This document shows, piece after piece, positions 20,080-30,114 of a DNA stretch of 64,000 nucleotides. The stretch comes from Candidatus Acidiferrales bacterium. Its GTDB lineage: Bacteria > Acidobacteriota > Terriglobia > Acidiferrales > UBA7541. Within the stretch, counting starts at the first letter, position 1; the number at the start of each line of letters is the position of its first letter. Under the pieces are notes generated by a model. That model worked only from the letters and a program-made list of their open reading frames with translations. It was not told where the DNA came from and did no database searches. The translations under genes and the position numbers were made by a program. Where the stretch lies: contig DATEFX010000048.1 in the NCBI GenBank assembly GCA_035280405.1, forward strand, positions 13,279-77,278. Reading direction: 5' to 3'.

Positions 20080-23000
20080 ATGGTCATGCAATGCAGAATT
20101 CATGCGGATCGGACTCATAGAAGTGGAATTCGTCGATTAATTGCCAATACGAATTTCGTCCTCGCGCTATTAATCGTGGACTTCGCGCTGCTGACGACTA
20201 CTTTCGTCAGCTCCGCACAGCAAATGGATTCAAGCCTTTATTCGGGAATGCGCTGGCGGCAAATTGGCCCATTCCGCGCGGGCCGCGTGTCCGCGGTCGC
20301 GGGAGTCGCGGGCAATCCCGCGGTCTATTACATGGGAACACCCGGCGGCGGAGTTTGGGAAACGACCGACGGCGGCATGGTTTGGAGGCCGATCTCGGAT
20401 CATCAAATTGGAGTCGCCTCGATCGGCGCGATGGAAGTGGCGCCGTCAAGCTCGAACATCATTTATGTGGGGACAGGCGACGTGAGCGACGTGGGCAGCG
20501 CCGTGAATCAGGGCGACGGAATGTGGAAATCCATTGACGCTGGCAGGACATGGCAACATGTGGGCCTCGACGACACGCGCCACATTGGCGACATCTGGAT
20601 TGACCCGAAGAATCCCGAAACGGTTCTGGTCGCGGCGCTGGGCCACACGTATGCTCAAAATGACGAGCGCGGCGTTTTCAAGACCACAGATGGGGGGAAA
20701 ACCTGGCGCAAAGTTCTGTTCAAGGACAATGAGACAGGAGCGATCGATTTGAATTTCGCGCCCGATAATCCGCAAATCGGATTCGCCGCGCTTTGGCACC
20801 ATTTCGTCAAGCCGGACGATCCGCGCGCGTTGCTCGGCGCCATGGACGGCGCCGGAATATATAAGACCACTGACGAAGGCGAAACGTGGAATCCCGTCGT
20901 TGGCCGCGGCTTGCCGACGGACAGACTGGGACGCATCGGCGTCGCTGTCGCGCCCGGAGGGCAGCGCGTGTTCGCGATAATCGCGGCCGAGGGGGGCGGC
21001 GGGCTATACCGCTCCGACGACGGCGGAAACAGCTGGATGAAAATCACGTCCGACCCGCGCGTCACGGGCAACGGGTATTTCAGCAAGGTCTACCTCGACC
21101 CGCGCAACCCGGAAGTCGTTTACGTCATGCAGTCTTCGATGTATCGCTCGACCGATGGCGGGCAGACGTTCGTCTCTTACAAAGGCGCGCCGGGAGGCGA
21201 CGATAATCACGTTCTCTGGATCGACCCGACGAACTCCGACTGGATGATTATGGGCTCGGATCAGGGCGCCACCACCAGCATGAACGGAGGAAAATCGTGG
21301 AGTTCCTGGTACAACCAGCCAACCGGGCAGGTCTATCACCTTTCTACAGACACGCGCTGGCCATTTTGGGTCTATGGAACGCAGCAGGACAGCGGGTCGA
21401 TCGGGACGAGCAGCCGGGGCGATTACGGCAAGGTCACGATGCTCGATTGGGACCCGGTCGGCGGCTATGAATTCGGATACATTTTGCCCGATCCTCTCGA
21501 TCCCAGTGTCATTTTCGCGGGCGGGCCGGGCCGCGGCGTCGTGCGCATCGACCGCACGAACCGCCAGGTGCGCACGGTCTCGGCAAACGTAAGTCGCGAC
21601 GCGGACTATCGTCTCGCGATGAATCCGCCGCTTGCGTTTTCGCCGCAGGATCCGCATCTCCTTTATGAAGGAACGCAATTTGTTCTACTGACGAAGAACG
21701 ACGGCGTTAGATGGCAGGTGATCAGTCCGGATCTGACGCAGCGTCCGGCGCCGGCGAATCCTCCTCCGCCTCCGCCGGCTGGTGCGCCGGCAAATCCGCC
21801 CGCGCCGAATCGCAGCGCGATCAACACTCTGGCGCTCTCGCCAGTGAAGGCCGGTGTGATTTGGGCTGGCACTACGAACGGTTTGATTCAGCTGACGCAA
21901 GATGGCGGAAGAACCTGGGACAACGTCTCGCCGCAGAACTTGACGGAGTGGAGTTTGGTCAGCCTCATAGAAGCGTCACCCTTCGACGCAGCTACAGCGT
22001 ATGCCGCGGTGGACAATTTCGTAACGAATGATTTCGCGCCGCATATTTTCCGAACGCGCGATTCGGGCAAGACGTGGCAGGAAGTGGACGCCGGAATCCC
22101 GAACGGCAGCTTCGTGCGCGCGGTCCGCGAAGATCCGACGCGCAGAGGCCTTCTTTACGCGGGAACGGAAAATGGCGCGTTCGTTTCGTTCGACGACGGC
22201 GACCACTGGCAGTCCCTGCAGCTGAATCTGCCGACTGTATCAGTGCGCGATTTGAAGATTCAGGACAACGATCTCGTTGCGGCGACATACGGCCGCGCTT
22301 TTTGGATCCTCGATGACTTGACTCCGCTTCGGCAAATCAGTGCCGAAGTCACGTCGGCGAGCGCGCACCTCTTCCAGCCGGAAACTGCGATTCGCGTGCG
22401 CCGCGACGCGAATCAGGACACGCCTTTTCCACCGGAAATGCCCGCGGGCGATAATCCTCCAACGGGCGCCGTGATCGATTATTTCTTGAAATCGGCCCCC
22501 GCCGGCGACGTCTCGCTGGCGATTTACGATTCGCTTGGCAGCCTTGTACGGCAATTTTCGAGTGCGCCGCTCCCTGCTTCCACGGAACCGCCGCCGAGCG
22601 TCCCGGACTACTGGCTCGCGCGTCCCCAGCCGCTCGCAAAGTCAGTCGGCATGCATCGATTCGTGTGGGATCTGCGTTCTCCGTCTCCGGAATCGCTGCG
22701 GCACGGCTATCCAATTTCGGCAGTCTATGGCGAAACGCCCGCTGATCCGCGGGGCGCGCTCGTCGTGCCGGGCAAGTATGAAGTCAGGCTGACCGCGAAT
22801 GGGCAGACGTACCGCCAGCCGCTCGAAGTTCGCCTCGATCCGCGCGTGAGTACGGCGCAGGCGGATCTGGAAGAAGAATTTCAGCTGGATCAGAAGCTCG
22901 TGACTGCCACATCGGCCTCATATGAGGCGTATCATCGAGTGGCGGATTTGCGCACCGCGCTAGCGGATCGCGAAAAAAGCATGGAGCACAACGACCAGGC

Positions 23001-23349
23001 GACCGCCGCGCTTGCCGCAGCGAAGGACCTGGACGGAAAGGCTCTCGCCATCGAAGGAGAGGAGGGAGCCAGATTTTTCGGTCAGGGCAAGCCGAAGCCA
23101 AGCTTCGCGCTGTTGAACGGCGAATTCGGCGGTCTGGCTACGCTCGTGGACAGCGCCGATGCAGCGCCGACTTCAGGGATGAAGATCGCGTACGACGATT
23201 ACTGCGGGGACCTCAACTCGGTGATTGGCCAGTGGAACAGCCTGGTGGGCCAGGATATGCAATCCCTCAACACGCAGCTCAATGGGTTGCACCTCCAGCC
23301 GCTCCCCGCGCCTGCTCCGCTTCCGGCGCAAACCGGCTGCGAAAAGTAG
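20080..23349 (+). CDS. Secreted BNR/Asp-box repeat protein (sortilin/VPS10-like beta-propeller)
   Basis: Signal peptide; repeated S-x-D-x-G-x-T-W (Asp-box) motifs (SIDAGRTWQ, TTDGGKTWR, SDDGGNSWM, STDGGQTFV, TRDSGKTWQ, FDDGDHWQ); GGAGG before the ATG; the track ORF's N-terminal extension over msrQ is spurious. Confidence 0.8.
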   Translation: MVMQCRIHADRTHRSGIRRLIANTNFVLALLIVDFALLTTTFVSSAQQMDSSLYSGMRWRQIGPFRAGRVSAVAGVAGNPAVYYMGTPGGGVWETTDGGMVWRPISDHQIGVASIGAMEVAPSSSNIIYVGTGDVSDVGSAVNQGDGMWKSIDAGRTWQHVGLDDTRHIGDIWIDPKNPETVLVAALGHTYAQNDERGVFKTTDGGKTWRKVLFKDNETGAIDLNFAPDNPQIGFAALWHHFVKPDDPRALLGAMDGAGIYKTTDEGETWNPVVGRGLPTDRLGRIGVAVAPGGQRVFAIIAAEGGGGLYRSDDGGNSWMKITSDPRVTGNGYFSKVYLDPRNPEVVYVMQSSMYRSTDGGQTFVSYKGAPGGDDNHVLWIDPTNSDWMIMGSDQGATTSMNGGKSWSSWYNQPTGQVYHLSTDTRWPFWVYGTQQDSGSIGTSSRGDYGKVTMLDWDPVGGYEFGYILPDPLDPSVIFAGGPGRGVVRIDRTNRQVRTVSANVSRDADYRLAMNPPLAFSPQDPHLLYEGTQFVLLTKNDGVRWQVISPDLTQRPAPANPPPPPPAGAPANPPAPNRSAINTLALSPVKAGVIWAGTTNGLIQLTQDGGRTWDNVSPQNLTEWSLVSLIEASPFDAATAYAAVDNFVTNDFAPHIFRTRDSGKTWQEVDAGIPNGSFVRAVREDPTRRGLLYAGTENGAFVSFDDGDHWQSLQLNLPTVSVRDLKIQDNDLVAATYGRAFWILDDLTPLRQISAEVTSASAHLFQPETAIRVRRDANQDTPFPPEMPAGDNPPTGAVIDYFLKSAPAGDVSLAIYDSLGSLVRQFSSAPLPASTEPPPSVPDYWLARPQPLAKSVGMHRFVWDLRSPSPESLRHGYPISAVYGETPADPRGALVVPGKYEVRLTANGQTYRQPLEVRLDPRVSTAQADLEEEFQLDQKLVTATSASYEAYHRVADLRTALADREKSMEHNDQATAALAAAKDLDGKALAIEGEEGARFFGQGKPKPSFALLNGEFGGLATLVDSADAAPTSGMKIAYDDYCGDLNSVIGQWNSLVGQDMQSLNTQLNGLHLQPLPAPAPLPAQTGCEK

Positions 23350-23367
23350 CTGGCAATCTAGGAACTG

Positions 23368-23787
23368 TCAGGATTTGGCTCGCTGGGCAAACATCCAGCG
23401 ATGGCCTTCGAGGTCAGCGGCGCGGTACTGCCAGCCTGCGCCGCCGGTTTCCAAATCGCTCAGTATCGTGGCCCCAGCTGCTTTCGCCGTGCGAAAATGC
23501 GCATCCACGTCGTCCACATACACTAGGACACCATCAATGATCCACGGCACGGAAGACCATCGGCGTGCCGCTTCACAAGCTTCGGCATGCCGCAAGGGGC
23601 CCTGATAGTCCTTTGTTGGGGTAGCCACGAAGATTTTCGCTCCGGAGACTTCCAGCTCCCCATGAGTTACGCGGCCTTCCTTGTCGGTGACGCGATTCCC
23701 TTGGCGAAAGCCAAAAGCATGTTCGAGCCAGTCCATCGCCGTTGCAGCATCTGCATAGGCAATCATCGGAAATATGGTTTGCGTCAT
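23368..23787 (-). CDS. VOC (glyoxalase/bleomycin-resistance) family protein
   Basis: ~140 aa beta-alpha-beta-beta-beta fold signature (TIFPMIAYADAATAMDWLEHAFGF...GELEVSGAKIFV...HRWMF). Confidence 0.7.
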   Translation of the reverse strand: MTQTIFPMIAYADAATAMDWLEHAFGFRQGNRVTDKEGRVTHGELEVSGAKIFVATPTKDYQGPLRHAEACEAARRWSSVPWIIDGVLVYVDDVDAHFRTAKAAGATILSDLETGGAGWQYRAADLEGHRWMFAQRAKS

Positions 23788-23888
23788 GAAGTACCCCTGC
23801 AATGCCAAATTCTAAGATTGCATTCTGAAGTCAGAGAGCGTACCGCCCGAAACCACTCGTGTAAATAAGAAGTTCCGGGTTCGAGAGA

Positions 23889-24350
23889 TTAGTGGGACAG
23901 GACGGTGACGGTGAAGCTCGCCGATTTGGAATGACCCGCTGAGTCGGTGGCGGTGAGGGTGTACGTCTCGGTCTTCTTCGGAGTCAAAGAAAAACAGCGG
24001 TTATACGATGGCCACACGCTTCCCACAGGAGGGTCAAGTTTCACCGAAGCTGCGTTGGAGACGCCGTAACACAGTTGAAATGAATCGCCGCGCCGGACTG
24101 CTCCCGGCGCAGCATAAAAATTGAGAATGTCGAATTTGTTTCCGCCCATCAGTTCAACAGATCGCGCGGCATTTTCGCGCTGCTCCGCCGCTGCCTTCTG
24201 GGCCGCGCGGAAGTCAATGTCGCGATTCGTCTGCCAGCGAACATAGAAAATCCAGGCAATGCCGAGCGCCACGATGGCGACTCCGAGCCACGTGTATCTT
24301 AATAGCCTGCGGTAGCGGGATGTGGATGCTTTCGGCGAGTCTTCAAACAT
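23889..24350 (-). CDS. Hypothetical membrane-anchored protein with C-terminal beta-rich domain
   Basis: Single N-terminal transmembrane helix (WLGVAIVALGIAWIFYV) then a ~90-aa soluble domain. Confidence 0.5.
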   Translation of the reverse strand: MFEDSPKASTSRYRRLLRYTWLGVAIVALGIAWIFYVRWQTNRDIDFRAAQKAAAEQRENAARSVELMGGNKFDILNFYAAPGAVRRGDSFQLCYGVSNAASVKLDPPVGSVWPSYNRCFSLTPKKTETYTLTATDSAGHSKSASFTVTVLSH

Positions 24351-24444
24351 TTATCTTCACCGTCTCCAATTCTAACAGGAGCCGCCGGAAAAACGGCGAT
24401 GTGCATATCCGTGAACGAGGCCGCTGAAAACTGACGCAGAGCAA

Positions 24445-24816
24445 TTAGCGTTGCCGTTGCTGCTGAGGCGCGCCGAACTGCGGAACGCTGCGGCCCTTCT
24501 CCTGGTAGGGATTGCGGTCGGCAACGTCGAACAGGCTCTGAATTGTTTCTCCGTCCTGCGGAGAGGCGGCCACGCCCGCGCTGATACGGAGGGGCGGGCG
24601 CTCGGGATCTGCGGCAACTCGTTCGCAGATGCGACGCGCGACCTCGCGCGCCGCAGTGGCGTTGGTCTCCGGCAGGACAAGCGCGAACTCATCTCCGCCT
24701 TGGCGAGCCGCCGTATCCATCAATCGGCAATGAAACCGGAGAGCCGCCGCGACTCGGCATAGCGCCTGATTTCCCACATCTTTGTTGCTGTTGACGAGCA
24801 ACACCGCAGGTGCCAT
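24445..24816 (-). pseudogene. N-terminally truncated GGDEF (diguanylate cyclase) domain remnant
   Basis: GGDEFALVLPETN and the C-terminal half of the domain are present, but only ~40 aa precede the GGDEF motif; the substrate-binding N-half is missing; no upstream sensor. Confidence 0.55.
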
Positions 24817-24844
24817 ACTTTTTTGGAGACCGACTAAAACGAAA

Positions 24845-25072
24845 ATGGAAGCCAGATGCAGATACGGACGTTTCGTGATAGACCCGAAGCCTATGCAGTT
24901 GGCGGACGGGAGTGGTTGGTTGCCGGAATTCAGTCTTGAGGAGCACCGGCCTGCATACGTCGAAGACACTATGTTTTGCAGTGCCCAAGTTTTCCGAACG
25001 CGCGAGGATGCGATTCTGGCCTGCCACGAGCTTGGACGACGAGAGATTACGCGGCGCGCGGCAGCACACTGA
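24845..25072 (+). CDS. Small hypothetical protein (75 aa)
   Basis: ORF MEARCRYGRFVIDPKPMQLADGSGWLPEF...; mixed codon bias; weak call. Confidence 0.3.
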   Translation: MEARCRYGRFVIDPKPMQLADGSGWLPEFSLEEHRPAYVEDTMFCSAQVFRTREDAILACHELGRREITRRAAAH

Positions 25073-25149
25073 AAGAGCCAACGACAAGAACCGCAAAAAA
25101 ACTGGCCCGGAACGTTGGTCGCTCCGGGCCAGAATGCACTCTTCGAATT

Positions 25150-25641
25150 TCAGGCGGCGATTTGCTTGGAAACTGGCACCACTTTGATTTCCAGTTTGCG
25201 CGGCAGGGCGGCCACGGTGACTGGCGCGGTGATCTCCAACATGCCGTTCTGATATTCGGCAGTGAGCTTGTCGGCGAGCACGCCCTCGGGAAGCTCGAAC
25301 GTCCGCTCGAACTTGCCATAGACGATTTCATCGTCCATGACGTCCACTTCCTTCGACGTGCGCGAGAATTTCCTCTCGCCCTTGATGGTCAGCACATTCC
25401 CCTTGGTCGGGATTTCCACATCCTTCGGCTCGACGCCCGGCAGCGACATCCGGCAGAAGAGCTTCTTGCCGTCCTTGTCCAGATAGGTCTCCACGGCGGG
25501 GAGGAAATCAAACATCTTCGTGGGAACGAACTGTTCGCCAAGCAGCGGTTTGCCAATTAGGATGCGGTTGAAGATCTGATCGAAATCACGCCGGAAATCG
25601 AAAAGATCCTGGAAGAAACTGTCACGCGGAATCAGATTCAT
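25150..25641 (-). CDS. Hsp20/alpha-crystallin family small heat-shock protein
   Basis: Alpha-crystallin domain (PAVETYLDKDGKKLFCRMSLPGVEPKDVEI...VLTIKGERKF...AEYQNGMLEITAP). Confidence 0.85.
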   Translation of the reverse strand: MNLIPRDSFFQDLFDFRRDFDQIFNRILIGKPLLGEQFVPTKMFDFLPAVETYLDKDGKKLFCRMSLPGVEPKDVEIPTKGNVLTIKGERKFSRTSKEVDVMDDEIVYGKFERTFELPEGVLADKLTAEYQNGMLEITAPVTVAALPRKLEIKVVPVSKQIAA

Positions 25642-26358
25642 TGATGCTCTCCTTTCTTCTGAATGCGATGCTCGGTTGTGAGAGATTGCTGAGTTATAGG
25701 ACCCCCACAAGATTGAAATCCGAGCCGGCGGATGCATGCGAAGTGATTCCGGCCTTGATGGGCCGGTGCGTCGAACAACAAAGCGCTTCACTTAGGCTTC
25801 GTGCATTACCGCCGGCTCGGAGCGAAGGAAGCGAAACTTCACAATGGTCGTACCCAAGCCGCCTTCCGTGGGCGGCATGGTTGGGTGTAGTCCGCGGGCT
25901 GGATTCGCACTTTCGGCTCCCTTGGCCTTTGTGGCTCTCTTCCATGTGAAGCTCCGTCCTTATCACATTCATAGGCCGCGTAGGAAAGCAGCGCAGTGAC
26001 GCGCGCTGCGCTTCGCCGTGATAGGTGTCACGTGGCGCGGATGGAGGAATTCCTGCGGCTCGTCTGAAAACCAATCAAATTCCCCGCCCAACTTCGTTGA
26101 GATGAGCGGCAGTGAGGCTGCTTCGCCAGGCCGCAAAAAGTAAAGCAGTCGTAGGTGCGTTTTACTCTTAATCGACACATACTCTGAATCGGACCATCTT
26201 GTGCTTTCAGGTGATAAGATAGCCCTGCATCCCTTCGGATGCCGGCCTCAGTGTACGCCGCCGGTTCTCAATAATTCGGGTGCGCCCACCAGCCGAGCTA
26301 TCCTTTCCGTTCGCGGGATATTCCTCGTCCGGATTCCGATTGAGTTGATGATTGAAGA

Positions 26359-27159
26359 ATGATGAAAGCGGAGAATCGCGAGCCAAGACATCTCTGGAAA
26401 TGCTGGAAGCGCATCGCGAAAAATCTTGGGCCAGCGCGAAAGATTGCTTTATTTGCTGATTTCGATGGAACTCTTGTCAGAATAAAGAAGGATCCTCGGC
26501 GCGCAAGGCTTGCGCCGGGCGTGAAAAAGCTTCTCGCGCGGATTGCCGGTAAGGGAGCGGTTGTCGGAATCGTGAGTGGACGCCCGTTAGCGGACGCGCA
26601 AGAGCGGGTCGGACTGAAGCACATCTGGTATGCGGGGGCGCATGGATTTTTTCTGCGTGACCCGAGCAACCGTTCATTTAGCTTGGCTGCTCCAAGTCAA
26701 TTGAGGAGAATTCGCGCGGCGAGGCTTTTCCTGGCGCGGAAGCTGGCGAAAACCCGTGGCGTGAGGTTAGAGCCGAAATTGGCCACCATCGCCGTGCATT
26801 ATCGTGGCGCGCCGAAGAGGAGTGAAAGGATCGCGCGGTGCGTGGTGGCGGAGGCCTTGAAGGAATACCCTGACTTACGTCTGCTGCCGGGAAAGAAGTT
26901 ACTGGAATTGTCCCCGGACTTGCGAATCGATAAGTGGAAGGCGATTCAGTTCATCATGCAGAAAGAAAAGATGCGCAATGCAGGCCAGCGGAAGGTGATT
27001 TTCATGGGCGATGATGTCACCGATGAGCGGGTGTTCCGCAAATTGCCCGACATCTCCATCGCCGTAGGGAAAAAGCATCGGACCGCCGCCAAGTATTACT
27101 TGTATTCGCCCGCCGGCGTCCGGCGATTCCTCCAAGCGCTTGACGAGAGGCTCTCATGA
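26359..27159 (+). CDS. otsB: Trehalose-6-phosphate phosphatase (HAD-IIB)
   Basis: HAD motif I FADFDGTL, motif III/IV region KVIFMGDDVTDE; OtsB-like length. Confidence 0.8.
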   Translation: MMKAENREPRHLWKCWKRIAKNLGPARKIALFADFDGTLVRIKKDPRRARLAPGVKKLLARIAGKGAVVGIVSGRPLADAQERVGLKHIWYAGAHGFFLRDPSNRSFSLAAPSQLRRIRAARLFLARKLAKTRGVRLEPKLATIAVHYRGAPKRSERIARCVVAEALKEYPDLRLLPGKKLLELSPDLRIDKWKAIQFIMQKEKMRNAGQRKVIFMGDDVTDERVFRKLPDISIAVGKKHRTAAKYYLYSPAGVRRFLQALDERLS

Positions 27160-27806
27160 TTCAGGCAAGAGAGCCGTTTCAATTTGTCGTCGCCTCCTAT
27201 TTAACTCGCATCTGCCGCGAAAAGGCCGCCGGATTGAGCGAATTCGCCGGGCAATTGCACAGTTGCTCGGAAGCGTCCGTTTTCTTTCACACGTTTCAGA
27301 GCCTGGAGCGCCAGCACTACACCTCGTTCTCCAACGATTTCGCGCAATGGGTGCTCGCGGGCTGCAACGAAGCTCCGCTCGCCGAGCAATTGACCGCGAT
27401 TGATATTCGAGACTGCACGTCGATCGGCGAATTGCGGAATTCGCTGACCGCGCAGGTGGACGGCTACCTCAGGGTGAATCCCGCAGCGGCCGGGCGCATC
27501 GCGTTCGAGCCATTCTATTTCTGCGAAGCATTCGAATACAGCGTGCCCTGGGGCGAACAGGCGCTGACGCTCGCCGATCTCGAGGAAGGCATCCGCCACA
27601 TGAGCCTGCAAACCCTCCACTATCATTTCATCAATTCGCGCTTGCGATTGCGCTTGCAAACCAACGATTTCTCGCACTGGATCCGCAACAGCCTCGAACT
27701 TCCCGAACTCGCCAACCACGTTGACCGTATCGACATTTACGTGAACACCCTCGATGGCCTGCGCGAACGGCTGATAGAAACCATTCATCCGTGGACAATC
27801 AAATGA
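27156..27806 (+). CDS. Conserved hypothetical protein embedded in the trehalose operon
   Basis: 216 aa; ATGA overlap with the otsB stop and overlap/coupling with the treT start; no motif recognised. Confidence 0.6.
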   Translation: MIQAREPFQFVVASYLTRICREKAAGLSEFAGQLHSCSEASVFFHTFQSLERQHYTSFSNDFAQWVLAGCNEAPLAEQLTAIDIRDCTSIGELRNSLTAQVDGYLRVNPAAAGRIAFEPFYFCEAFEYSVPWGEQALTLADLEEGIRHMSLQTLHYHFINSRLRLRLQTNDFSHWIRNSLELPELANHVDRIDIYVNTLDGLRERLIETIHPWTIK

Positions 27807-29041
27807 TCACCGAAACAAAGACCGCGCCCTCGCCCCTGGCGCACATTGACGACTATGGCTCCATCATCGGCGAGTCGGAAATTCGCGCGCTGCGCATCCT
27901 CGCCAGGCAATTGCAGGGCAAGCGCGTGAAAATGGTGAATTCGACGTCCGTCGGCGGAGGCGTCGCGGAGATTTTAAACCGGCTTGTGCCGCTCCTCGGC
28001 GAGCTTGGCGTCCCGGCGCGATGGGACGTAATCACCGGCGGAACGGGTTTTTTTGCCGTGACCAAGGCCTTTCACAACGCCCTGCATGGAGCGCCCTACG
28101 AGGGCCGTGACGATTGGTTCGACATTTTCCTCGCGACAAACGAGGAAAACCGGAAGCGAATGAGCTTTGACGAAGACTTGATCGTCATTCACGACCCGCA
28201 ACCCGTCGCCCTGGTGGAAGCGCGCGACAGCTCCAAAGGCCGGTGGATTTGGCGATGTCATATTGATTTGTCGCATCCCTCGCGCGCCGTGTGGGAATTC
28301 CTGCGCCCGTTTGTCGAAAAATTTGACGCGAGCGTTTTCTCCTCGCCGGCATTTACGCAAGGACTGAAGATTCCTCAGTATCTCGTCTTCCCTACGATTG
28401 ATCCGTTAGCCGAGAAAAATCGCGAACTTGAGCCGGAGTACATCGGCTCGGTACTCGATCGATTCGGAATCGACGCGAAACGGCCGATCCTCACTCAGAT
28501 TTCGCGTTTCGACCGGCTGAAGGACCCCGTCGGCGTGATCCGTGCGTATCAAATTGTGCGGAAGCACATGGATTGCCAGCTCGTTCTCGCCGGCGGCGGC
28601 GCCGCTGACGACCCCGAAGGCGCCGTCGTGCTCGACGAAGTGAAAGAAGCGGCCAACAACGATCCGGACATTCACATTCTCGATTTGCCGCCCTGGAGCC
28701 ACCTGGAAATCAACGCTCTGCAGCGGGCCTCGACCATCGTGATTCAAAAGTCGCTGCGCGAAGGATTCGGTCTCACAGTCAGTGAAGCGCTCTGGAAAAT
28801 GCGGCCCGTGGTTGCGTCAGCGGTGGGCGGAATCCCCTCTCAGGTCCTGCACAAACTTACCGGCATGTTGGTCCATTCGGTGGAAGGAGCCGCGTATCAA
28901 ATCCGGTTTCTGCTTTCGAATCCTGATTTCGCGCGTAAGCTCGGCGAAAACGGGCGCGAACACGTGAAGGAAAACTTCTTGATCACGCACAATCTGAAGC
29001 GCTACATACTGCTTTTTCTGAGCCTGCAAACCCAGGCCTAG
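27791..29041 (+). CDS. treT: GT4-family trehalose synthase (TreT-like, NDP-glucose:glucose)
   Basis: N-terminal VNSTSVGGGVAEILNRLVPLL...FFAVTKAFHNALHG recalled as the TreT signature; C-terminal GT-B E-x7-E region (LREGFGLTVSEAL); alternative start at 27803 gives an ATGA overlap. Confidence 0.65.
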   Translation: MDNQMITETKTAPSPLAHIDDYGSIIGESEIRALRILARQLQGKRVKMVNSTSVGGGVAEILNRLVPLLGELGVPARWDVITGGTGFFAVTKAFHNALHGAPYEGRDDWFDIFLATNEENRKRMSFDEDLIVIHDPQPVALVEARDSSKGRWIWRCHIDLSHPSRAVWEFLRPFVEKFDASVFSSPAFTQGLKIPQYLVFPTIDPLAEKNRELEPEYIGSVLDRFGIDAKRPILTQISRFDRLKDPVGVIRAYQIVRKHMDCQLVLAGGGAADDPEGAVVLDEVKEAANNDPDIHILDLPPWSHLEINALQRASTIVIQKSLREGFGLTVSEALWKMRPVVASAVGGIPSQVLHKLTGMLVHSVEGAAYQIRFLLSNPDFARKLGENGREHVKENFLITHNLKRYILLFLSLQTQA

Positions 29042-29097
29042 GCCGGAACGATGCGCTTCGCTGCTGCGTCAGGTGCGGCGAGGACTGCGAGTTCCAA

Positions 29098-29850
29098 CTA
29101 TGCGCTGACAAAACTCTCCAGCGCCGCGCGGTTCCAAATCATCAGCGTGGAGCCCTTCAGCGTCAGGAGCCTCTTGCTCTTGAATTCGCTCAGCGTCCGC
29201 GTCACCGTTTCCCGCGAACTGCCAATCAGCTCCGCGATCTCCTCATGCGTCAAGGGCATCTTGATTTCCGCTGCCGGTCCCTTATCTGCCACTCCCGCGG
29301 ACCAGTCCAGGAGCATTCTGGCCAGTTTTTCAGGAGCGGATGAGGAGAGGCCCACAGTGCGAAGTTGCTCGCATGCGTTCTGATAGTTCGAACTCAGCTG
29401 CCTCACAACACCCTGAAGAAACTCGGGGTGTTGCGCCACCAGCCGCACGAAATCCACGCGGCGGATGTAAACCACGTGGCATGGCCGCAGAGTTTCGGCG
29501 GTCACTTCATACGGCTTGGCCGAGAGTGTCGATACAAGTCCGAGAATCTCGCCTGGTTTCGCGATTCGCAGGATCAGCGTTTTCCCCTCGCTGGAGCTGA
29601 TCGTGAGCTTCACTTCTCCCTCGCAGAGCAGAAAAACGCCTCGCGGCTCCTGCTTTTCCATGAACAGAACGGCCCCCTCCGGGTAAGCGGAACCGGATTT
29701 CACAAAATCCAGGTCTTTAATCGCCTGCGATGAAAGCTGGCAAAAGAATCCGGCTTTCTTGATTTTGCAAATCTGACAGCCCTCGTTCATCTCGAAGCCG
29801 TACGGTCCACGTGTCGCGCAGCCTTCGATTGTTTTCTTCGGTTGATTCAT
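29098..29850 (-). CDS. Crp/Fnr-family transcriptional regulator with N-terminal Cys cluster
   Basis: cNMP-binding-like beta-roll then C-terminal helix-turn-helix (ETVTRTLSEFKSKRLL); N-terminus has C11, C25, C28, C37 (CATRGPYGFEMNEGCQICKIKKAGFFC), suggestive of an FNR-like Fe-S sensor. Confidence 0.75.
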   Translation of the reverse strand: MNQPKKTIEGCATRGPYGFEMNEGCQICKIKKAGFFCQLSSQAIKDLDFVKSGSAYPEGAVLFMEKQEPRGVFLLCEGEVKLTISSSEGKTLILRIAKPGEILGLVSTLSAKPYEVTAETLRPCHVVYIRRVDFVRLVAQHPEFLQGVVRQLSSNYQNACEQLRTVGLSSSAPEKLARMLLDWSAGVADKGPAAEIKMPLTHEEIAELIGSSRETVTRTLSEFKSKRLLTLKGSTLMIWNRAALESFVSA

Positions 29851-30114
29851 GTGTAGCCTGCCTCGATACTCGCATCCACCCGGCGTGTCCTCCCGGCCGC
29901 GCAGCCCGGATTCACGCCCGGATTCCATCCCTAAGGCAACGGCACGATTTAGCGAGAACCTATCGAATTGACAAGCGAGAGGATATGACGTGCGTCACAG
30001 CGGCATGTGCCAAACGCCGAGGATACCGACTCGTGGCACGACCCGCATTCCGGCGAAACGCTTGGCGTGATTGGCAACGGAGCTCATCAGAGTCACAGTC
30101 GTTCCGCTCCAACC

